Below are positions 18,730 to 24,275 of a stretch of DNA of 24,275 nt, piece by piece. The stretch is from a virus (taxonomy: Duplodnaviria > Caudoviricetes), in the IMG/VR virus record IMGVR_UViG_3300044642_000138, positions 1-24,275 of that record, one strand, 5' to 3'. Numbering within the stretch: the first letter of the stretch is position 1; the number at the start of each line of letters is the position of its first letter. The notes beneath the pieces are model-generated. The model saw only the letters and a list, made by a program, of their open reading frames with translations, ran no database searches and had not been told where the DNA came from. A program made the position numbers and the translations under genes.

Positions 18730-19473
18730 TCAACCACCTCGGTGCATGTTTCGGATGAGGCGCTTCAACTTGCCGTAGACATCGCGGGTCACGAAGACAT
18801 CCGCAATGTTGTGCTCAATGATCAACTCATACGATGCCTTATCCCCGTGGTCAGCGCGATCCCAGATGCGCGGATCAAGCGGGGTCTTCTTCGTTTGCAC
18901 GCCAAAGTACTTGGACACATTGTCCAGACTCTTGCGTCCGACTCGTACCGCCGAGCCAGTAGCCTTGTACATCAGGTCAACGTGCATGACTGGGCTACAA
19001 GGATCTTCACCCGCTGCCACAAGGCGAGCGTTGATGATCGGTAGGTCAAAGAGCATGCTGTTCCAGCCGACAACGATGTCGTAGGACTGGAGGCTTTCCT
19101 TGACTGCCTTCACAAGAACTGAGTCGTCAGTCCACGAAGTGCCCTTGTACTTAGGATCATCCAGTCGGAAGATCTCTAGGTTGCCGAAGCCGTCTACGAT
19201 ACACACGGAGAGGATGCGGCTCCAAGCGGAGTACGTCGTCTCAATGTCGTAGAACGCAATCGTCGGTCCGATGTATCCCTCTGGTGACTTGGTGTGATAG
19301 CCCTTCTTGGCAGGCTGCTTCACAGCCTTCCCCTCAAAGTCATCACCCTCAAGGTAACGCTTGTACATCTTCTGCACTGCGTCCTTGCTCATACCGACAA
19401 CCTTACCGATTGCCGTGTACGACTTGCCCTCTTCCTTGAGGGCAATTACCTGTCGCGTAAGTGCGTTGGACAT
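18730..19473 (-). CDS. N-terminal HTH fused to DEDD (RNase H-like, YprB-type) 3'-5' exonuclease
   Basis: HTH-like EGKSYTAIGKVVGMSKDAVQKMYKR. Exo I FYDIET, Exo II VGWNSMLFDLP, HVDL, Exo III HNIADV. Confidence 0.85.
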   Translation of the reverse strand: MSNALTRQVIALKEEGKSYTAIGKVVGMSKDAVQKMYKRYLEGDDFEGKAVKQPAKKGYHTKSPEGYIGPTIAFYDIETTYSAWSRILSVCIVDGFGNLEIFRLDDPKYKGTSWTDDSVLVKAVKESLQSYDIVVGWNSMLFDLPIINARLVAAGEDPCSPVMHVDLMYKATGSAVRVGRKSLDNVSKYFGVQTKKTPLDPRIWDRADHGDKASYELIIEHNIADVFVTRDVYGKLKRLIRNMHRGG

Positions 19474-19474
19474 C

Positions 19475-19711
19475 TCAGTCCTCCTTGCTTGTTAGGCGCA
19501 TCTCGTTCCGCAGTATATCTGCGGCGTGCTCTACGCCCATTAGCAGTGCGCCAACCATGTCGTTGGGCACCAGCCCTTCCGTAACCATTTTGACTACGGC
19601 GGCTCTATACTCTTCATCGGTCTTCGCATTACCGACAAACATATCCATCTTCGCTAGTGCTACCCGTGCCGCTGCGCCGTGCGCTGCGAGTGGGCTAAGT
19701 TCAACGCTCAT
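19475..19711 (-). CDS. Hypothetical protein (78 aa)
   Basis: Fills the gap in the - operon. ATG 19711 overlaps the end of the upstream gene; TTG 19717 is an alternative start. Confidence 0.65.
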   Translation of the reverse strand: MSVELSPLAAHGAAARVALAKMDMFVGNAKTDEEYRAAVVKMVTEGLVPNDMVGALLMGVEHAADILRNEMRLTSKED

Positions 19712-19901
19712 ATTCAAGCACTGCTAGTACAACAAAGATCACAGCAACTGCCGTGAATGGCTGAGGTACTAGGTTGGTCACGAGTCCAGCGGCTAGTGCT
19801 CCAAGTGGAACAGCGTAGTCGCGTACTGCACGAACAGCCTTGACGTTGAGTCGCTCTAGGAACGTTGGCTGCGGAGCCAACTCCTCTTCGTTAGTTGCCA
19901 T
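19701..19901 (-). CDS. Small membrane protein (66 aa, two hydrophobic segments)
   Basis: TAATG overlap with the upstream gene. Hydrophobic YAVPLGALAAGLVTNLV and FTAVAVIFVVLAVL. Confidence 0.7.
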   Translation of the reverse strand: MATNEEELAPQPTFLERLNVKAVRAVRDYAVPLGALAAGLVTNLVPQPFTAVAVIFVVLAVLEYER

Positions 19902-20092
19902 TAGAACTTCACCTTCCCCGTGATGGCGAGGGCAACGTCTGCTGCCTTCTTCATCAACTCTACTTCTACGGGGTTCGTTGGATCAGGTTCTCCCTGTAGC
20001 CCAACGCTCTCCCGCATTACTGCGTAAGCGTACTTGAGCGAGTACAACCAGTGGGGGAGCATGTCCTCCACTTGTGCTTTACGAACTGCCAT
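19901..20092 (-). CDS. Hypothetical protein (63 aa, MAVRKAQVEDML...)
   Basis: GGAGG before ATG 20092. The longer 167-aa version would overlap nearly the whole resolvase gene. Confidence 0.65.
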   Translation of the reverse strand: MAVRKAQVEDMLPHWLYSLKYAYAVMRESVGLQGEPDPTNPVEVELMKKAADVALAITGKVKF

Positions 20093-20408
20093 CGGTCTTC
20101 CCTCCCATATAATCCAGAAAATCCGCGAGTTCCATCGTGATGAGGATCCTTCGTTTGGTTCCTGCGCCAGGCGAATCTCCGATAACAACAGCCCTGCTCC
20201 GCCCCGCCACGGTAGGGATAGTGCTGAGCCACCCGTAGATTCGTTCAGGAAACGCGGTTCCCACTTTACACTGGATGACGAGACGGTCGCTCGTGACATC
20301 GTCCTTGCCCCCGAACATCCCTGTCCGTTTGCCTCCGACGATACCTGCCACCTCCCTTTCAAAAGCGATCCCTCGCTTGCGGTTAAGACGACCGCCTCGC
20401 GCATCCAC
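20079..20408 (-). CDS. Hjc-like PD-(D/E)xK Holliday junction resolvase
   Basis: N-terminal RKRGIAFEREVA, then KDD and VIQCK. About 110 aa, within a recombination cluster. Confidence 0.7.
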   Translation of the reverse strand: MDARGGRLNRKRGIAFEREVAGIVGGKRTGMFGGKDDVTSDRLVIQCKVGTAFPERIYGWLSTIPTVAGRSRAVVIGDSPGAGTKRRILITMELADFLDYMGGKTDGSS

Positions 20409-20409
20409 G

Positions 20410-20793
20410 TTACGCCTTCTTCAGCGGACCGAACACCAGAGGGGATACCTCATTGGCAGTAAAGTCTGCATAGGTCTTGCCCTCAACGGTGCGGCTACCG
20501 CCTGGTCGCCACTTTCCGATCAGGTGTGCCGTCGGTCGGGGGTCACCCTCAGCAATAGACATTGCCTTGGCGTACACCTTCTCAACATGGTCAGCAAGAC
20601 CAAGGTCAAACACGGTGATGTTTACGTAGCAGTAGCGGCTAGGGGCTTCGCCCTGCTTGCCGTTAGAAAGCCACGCGTCGTAGCCTTCCGCCTGCCATGT
20701 GCCATAGAACTCCAAGATTGGCGTGCCGTTCTTGGTGGTCTTGCGAACTGGTGGCTTCTTGTCGGACAGCCAGATATCAATACGATCTGCCAT
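20410..20793 (-). CDS. Divergent single-stranded DNA-binding (OB-fold)-like protein
   Basis: AAGGAGG RBS. P.RKTTKNGTPILEF...YVNITVF..LA...HLIGKW...EGKTYADFTANEV follows the SSB strand pattern. Next to ERF. Confidence 0.55.
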   Translation of the reverse strand: MADRIDIWLSDKKPPVRKTTKNGTPILEFYGTWQAEGYDAWLSNGKQGEAPSRYCYVNITVFDLGLADHVEKVYAKAMSIAEGDPRPTAHLIGKWRPGGSRTVEGKTYADFTANEVSPLVFGPLKKA

Positions 20794-20802
20794 GAATCCT
20801 CC

Positions 20803-20964
20803 TTACTTCTTCTTAGGTGCTGACTTCTTCTTCCCCGTTACCTTGGCAAGAAACAGATCAAACGAAGAAGGCTTGCTCTTGCCAGCCGTCTTACTCTTTG
20901 CCTTTGCTGCTGCTGCCTTGCCAGCCTTCGTGTATGGAAACTTCTTACCGCCTACTGTTGGCAT
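20803..20964 (-). CDS. Tiny Lys/Ala-rich basic protein (53 aa), absent from the ORF track
   Basis: AGGAGGT RBS before ATG 20964. Translates as MPTVGGKKFPYTKAGKAAAAKAKSKTAGKSKPSSFDLFLAKVTGKKKSAPKKK-stop and exactly fills the ERF-SSB gap. Confidence 0.85.
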   Translation of the reverse strand: MPTVGGKKFPYTKAGKAAAAKAKSKTAGKSKPSSFDLFLAKVTGKKKSAPKKK

Positions 20965-20973
20965 AGTTACCTC

Positions 20974-21471
20974 CTAGAAATCAAAGTCCGAAAGGTCAGC
21001 CGCTGCTGCCTTCGGTGCTGCATCCTCTGCAAAGATCTTCTTTGCAGCGGTGACGACAGGGTCTGCCGCCTTCTCATTCTCTGGGTCATCACCCGTTGGG
21101 ATCAGGAAGCCGAGGAGCAGGGCGTACTTGAGTGCGCCAGTCATCGCCTTATAGACCGCCTTGTCGGTGCTGTCTGAACCAGAACCAACCGACTGGAAGG
21201 TGACGAACTCGCCACTCTCTGCGTCGGTGATCTTCCATGTGATGCGCAGGGTGACGAGTGCCTGCTTGCCGCTAGGGGTTAGCCCTGAGTCGGTGACCTC
21301 AATGTTCTCTGGAAGCATGGTCAAGCCACGCTCAGAGAACTCATTGCGGATCTTGTCGGCTACTGCTGCAGCCTGAACATACTTGTATCCCTGAGAAGCA
21401 TTCGTCCCCGTCTTCTCAATGTATCCGACAGCCTTAAGGATGGCGGACAGTTTCGTGTGAATAGACTTCAT
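20974..21471 (-). CDS. erf: ERF-family single-strand annealing protein
   Basis: KTGTNASQGYKY and GSGSDSTDKAVYKAMTGALKYALLLGFLIPTGDDPE. GGAGG RBS and ATGA overlap at 21471. Confidence 0.88.
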   Translation of the reverse strand: MKSIHTKLSAILKAVGYIEKTGTNASQGYKYVQAAAVADKIRNEFSERGLTMLPENIEVTDSGLTPSGKQALVTLRITWKITDAESGEFVTFQSVGSGSDSTDKAVYKAMTGALKYALLLGFLIPTGDDPENEKAADPVVTAAKKIFAEDAAPKAAAADLSDFDF

Positions 21472-21920
21472 TGGTTCCTCCATTTATTATTATTAACTAA
21501 TACTATTCCTACCTCAGTATTCCAGTTAACCTCTTTGATTATAACATGGACTACACCGATTCTCAGCGGAGCCAATGTTAAGAATGCTTTAGGTGACAGG
21601 TCTACTGCGCGGTTCCCCCTTCCCTGAAGGGCGGCTTCCGCACCAAGGCAGTAGTCGCGGACTACTACAACTACACAACGGGTAGTGTTGTCCGCCCTAC
21701 ATACCATGATCTTATATGGTTTATTCCCCCATTTCCATGATCCTACTGCGGCGTACCATACCTTCTCCCCCTTCAGGTAGGGATTGCAGGTATTCTTGTA
21801 GCCTCCGTAGCAGAACTTCTGACTGTGAGGATTGGTATTCCCGTACCATGTCGCCGTCCCCTCTGTTCTCACACCGTGTGGTGTAAGCAGCAAGAAGGCG
21901 GACAAGAGCAGCGCGATCAT
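21468..21920 (-). CDS. Secreted RlpA/expansin-like double-psi beta-barrel protein (putative lytic transglycosylase)
   Basis: Hydrophobic signal-like N-terminus. GTATWYG, VVVVVRDYC and RAVDLSPKAFLTLAPLRIGVVHV. ATGA overlap at 21920; GTG 21929 is an alternative start. Confidence 0.8.
   Translation of the reverse strand: MIALLLSAFLLLTPHGVRTEGTATWYGNTNPHSQKFCYGGYKNTCNPYLKGEKVWYAAVGSWKWGNKPYKIMVCRADNTTRCVVVVVRDYCLGAEAALQGRGNRAVDLSPKAFLTLAPLRIGVVHVIIKEVNWNTEVGIVLVNNNKWRNQ
21538..21546 (-). promoter_or_regulatory. Candidate extended -10 promoter (TGTTATAAT) upstream of erf
   Basis: Exact TGnTATAAT on the - strand, followed by an AT-rich leader (16 G+C in 21481-21540) and then the erf RBS. Confidence 0.5.
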
Positions 21921-22591
21921 CCACGACACACTGTCTTGAACCTGCAGTATGAGCAGGGGTATCGGGTGCTTACCGTCTTGCCATCAGGGATGGGAAGTTG
22001 TGGCGGCATACGATCCTGATCCCTGAACTGCCGTGCTACCTTCAGCGTACGCCACGCACGGTCACGCTCCTCTTCGCTGACGATGTACTCCCTGAAGGAG
22101 AAGTCGTCGGCGTTGACGTAAATGACACGGGCTGGACGGGTGATGCCGTCTCCATCTTCTAGGGCAATGGCATAGAGCGCCGCTTGAGTGGCGTGCTCTG
22201 GCTTGGCTGAATCTTTCAGCCACTTAAATGCTGTCGCCTTAGTAGACTTGAACTCCCATACTTCTTGCTTGCCGTCTTTCCAAGTGACTACTGCGTCAAT
22301 GTTTCCCGCAAAGTCATAGTACGGCATAGCCACTGGAACTTCCGTCTCGTATCCAAGGATGTCTGGCGCATCTGCAAAGACACTACTGATCCACTCGGAC
22401 ACGGCATGACCGCGCTCAAAGATACGCAATGTCTTCTGGTCAAAGGGTTCCCCCTTCACGCCAGTGCTGTCGTACCAGTGCGCCCTGAGGCAGCCCCCCA
22501 TAAGGGAGCCACGCCAGAACGCCTTGGACGGACGACCAACCTTAGACTTCTCTGCGAGCACAGCGTCAAACTGTTCGCCTGCTGTACGCAT
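21917..22591 (-). CDS. Cas4-like PD-(D/E)xK exonuclease with Fe-S cysteines
   Basis: GCLRAHWY, ERGHAV, GNIDAVV, VWEFKS, QAALYA and C-terminal CSYCRFKTVC (1+3 Cys). GGAGG RBS. Confidence 0.88.
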   Translation of the reverse strand: MRTAGEQFDAVLAEKSKVGRPSKAFWRGSLMGGCLRAHWYDSTGVKGEPFDQKTLRIFERGHAVSEWISSVFADAPDILGYETEVPVAMPYYDFAGNIDAVVTWKDGKQEVWEFKSTKATAFKWLKDSAKPEHATQAALYAIALEDGDGITRPARVIYVNADDFSFREYIVSEEERDRAWRTLKVARQFRDQDRMPPQLPIPDGKTVSTRYPCSYCRFKTVCRG

Positions 22592-22599
22592 GTTTCCTC

Positions 22600-23916
22600 C
22601 TACTGTTCTCCGCTGGTGAATGAGGTGGTCGCCTTGCGGAAGACCAACTGCAGGTCACCAATCGGACCGTTGCGATGCTTCGCTACCTTGACATTCACAT
22701 TGTCGTAGAACTCATCGCCTTGTTCCTTGGGTCGCCAGAGCATGATCACCACGTCGGCATCCTGCTCAATACTACCACTATCTCGTAGGTCAGCGAGGCG
22801 TGGCTCGCCGCTGTCACGATACTCAGAGTTGCGAGAGAGTTGCGACAAGGCAATGACTGGGACGTTGAGTTCCCGTGCGATCTGCTTGAGACTGCGGCTG
22901 ATCTCCGATGTCTCCATCACACGGTTGGCATCCTTCTGCTGGCGGATAGCCGACAGCAACTGGATGTAGTCAATGACCACCATGTCTAGCCCTTGCTCCT
23001 GCTTGAGCCGACGGCAACGGCTGCGAATCTCAAGCGGGGTCAGCGCAGACGAGTCGTCCACGTAGATCTTCGCACGAGCAATCGCGTCCGATGCCACGGT
23101 AAGTTTCTCTTCCTCCGCCTGGGTAAGCGTACCCGCACGGATCTTACTGATGTCTACGTGCGCTGCATCTGCAAGGATGCGTGTGCCGATCTGCTCGCTT
23201 GACATCTCAAGAGAGAAGATGGCAACCGACTTGCCCTGCCGTACTGCAGCGTTGGTTGCGAGGTTGACAGCCAGTGCCGTCTTACCTACCGATGGGCGAG
23301 CCGCGACGATGACGAGGTCTGACTTGCCCCATCCGCCGATCAACTTGTCCATTGGGATGATGCCCGACTTGATGGTGTCGTTCTCGCCAGCCTTCGCCTT
23401 GTCATAGTGATCCCACGACAAGCCAATGACATGCGACAGATCCAAGAACGTAGAGTTGGTACGGGTACGGGCAAGGCGGTACATCTCTGCCTGCGCCTTG
23501 TCTACTGCCTCGTCAGAGGACAGCCCCTGATACCCGATCTCTGCGATCTTTCCTGCCGCCTCAATGAGACGACGGCTTACTGCCGACTCCTCAATGAGGG
23601 CAGCGTATGATTCCCAGTTGGCTGATGTCGGGGTGTCCCGCACCAGATCACCAAGCACCGTGCTGCCACCGATGGTAAGGATCTTGTTGCCTAGTTCATC
23701 GGCAACAGTAACCGTATCAACGGCACGTCGCTGCTTCACTAGTGATTCCATTGACTCAAAGATTGAGCGATAGCCGTAGTCGTAGAAGTCTTCGCTGCTA
23801 AGCACCGACATAACTGGTACTACTACGCTATCGTCAATGAGCATTGAGCCAAGCACGGCACGCTCTGCTGCCGTGTTGTTAGGCTTTACACTTACTGTCA
23901 AAGATCTTACCTCCAT
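22600..23916 (-). CDS. dnaB: Replicative DNA helicase DnaB
   Basis: AERAVLGSML, AARPSVGKT, FSLEMS, DYIQL, LSQLSR, LRDSGSIEQDAD and KHRNGP. Start at ATG 23916 or TTG 23901, both with GGAGG upstream, rather than 24072. Confidence 0.97.
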   Translation of the reverse strand: MEVRSLTVSVKPNNTAAERAVLGSMLIDDSVVVPVMSVLSSEDFYDYGYRSIFESMESLVKQRRAVDTVTVADELGNKILTIGGSTVLGDLVRDTPTSANWESYAALIEESAVSRRLIEAAGKIAEIGYQGLSSDEAVDKAQAEMYRLARTRTNSTFLDLSHVIGLSWDHYDKAKAGENDTIKSGIIPMDKLIGGWGKSDLVIVAARPSVGKTALAVNLATNAAVRQGKSVAIFSLEMSSEQIGTRILADAAHVDISKIRAGTLTQAEEEKLTVASDAIARAKIYVDDSSALTPLEIRSRCRRLKQEQGLDMVVIDYIQLLSAIRQQKDANRVMETSEISRSLKQIARELNVPVIALSQLSRNSEYRDSGEPRLADLRDSGSIEQDADVVIMLWRPKEQGDEFYDNVNVKVAKHRNGPIGDLQLVFRKATTSFTSGEQ

Positions 23917-24274
23917 ACTCTGCTTCCTCCTCGGTAGACCATCTGACCCCCTCGGCTTCATAGTTGTAGGTAAACCATCCCCATGTCTTGCAGTTGTCGC
24001 AGTACACTGCGGCGCAGCAGCCGTCATCCCAGATAATCTCTGGATCGTTATGCCCAAGTTCCCGAACACCATTGATGTTATCGGCTACGAACTCGGCTAA
24101 CTCTGGGGTAACGTAATGAGGGAACGACTTAATCTTTAGTTGTTCATTAACTATCTTACGTCTTTTATCTTTAACCTTAGTATCGGTAGTGTTAAATAAT
24201 CTTAACGTTGTCTGATAAGAATCTAAGGTAAGACTACATCGGCAGTCCTTCGTCCCGTTCCCGTGCAGCCTGCA
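23879..24274 (-). CDS. 3' part of an ORF entering from beyond the window, possibly a replication initiator
   Basis: Stop-free frame of 131 codons from the window edge (CRLHGNGTKDCRCSLTLDSYQTT...WDDGCCAAVYCDNCKTWGW...SKCKA) to TAA at 23879, overlapping the dnaB start. Function inferred from position only. Confidence 0.6.
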   Translation of the reverse strand, partial: CRLHGNGTKDCRCSLTLDSYQTTLRLFNTTDTKVKDKRRKIVNEQLKIKSFPHYVTPELAEFVADNINGVRELGHNDPEIIWDDGCCAAVYCDNCKTWGWFTYNYEAEGVRWSTEEEAEYGGKIFDSKCKA

Positions 24275-24275
24275 C

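Larger units (their letters stand above)
1..24275. mobile_element. Segment of a tailed bacteriophage genome (packaging/virion block convergent with replication/recombination block)
   Basis: Terminase, portal, scaffold, capsid, adaptor, tail-tip, holin, DnaB, ERF and Cas4-like genes are densely packed with overlapping start/stop codons. No host genes, integrase or att site are seen, so prophage versus free phage cannot be determined. Confidence 0.97.

Noticed and set aside
20093-20404. N-terminal extension of the 167-aa ORF, and + strand ORFs at 20034-20823
   Set aside because: These overlap the resolvase and SSB-like genes. A good RBS supports the shorter start at 20092.
21917-22591. Cas4-like gene as evidence of a CRISPR-Cas system
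   Set aside because: No repeat-spacer array or other cas genes are seen. Solo Cas4-like nucleases near annealases are common in phages.
23917-24072. N-terminal extension of DnaB in the ORF track
   Set aside because: DnaB similarity begins near PNNTAAERAVLG, RBS-backed starts exist at 23916 and 23901, and this stretch is better explained by the upstream ORF in another frame.
1-24275. Stop-codon reassignment, inteins, introns, tRNAs or a programmed frameshift
   Set aside because: TAA, TAG and TGA all end genes at tight junctions, terL and dnaB are normal length and uninterrupted, and no cloverleaf or chaperone-type slippery gene pair was recognised by eye.

Overview
This window is a contiguous piece of a tailed dsDNA bacteriophage (Caudoviricetes) genome with two convergent, tightly packed gene blocks. 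The + strand (17-18373) carries small pre-terminase genes, large terminase, portal, two very large orphan proteins (944 and 1438 aa, probably internal or ejected virion proteins), scaffold, an N4-gp56-like major capsid protein, a podovirus-style head-tail adaptor, a Dit-like distal tail protein, a multidomain Tal/hub-like protein and a small membrane protein. The - strand (window end to 18414) carries a partial replication-initiator-like ORF with an AT-rich patch, DnaB helicase, a Cas4-like exonuclease, a secreted RlpA/expansin-like DPBB protein, ERF recombinase, a tiny Lys-rich protein, an SSB-like protein, an Hjc-like resolvase, small ORFs, an HTH-DEDD exonuclease and an LL-H-type holin. The blocks meet at a perfect 12-bp hairpin. 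The most striking observation is that the virion module joins a podovirus-like adaptor directly to siphovirus-like Dit and Tal genes, with no tail tube, chaperone or tape-measure gene between them. AGCT, TCGA, GGCC and CCGG also appear to be purged from the sequence. All family calls come from recognising motifs by eye; no searches were run.
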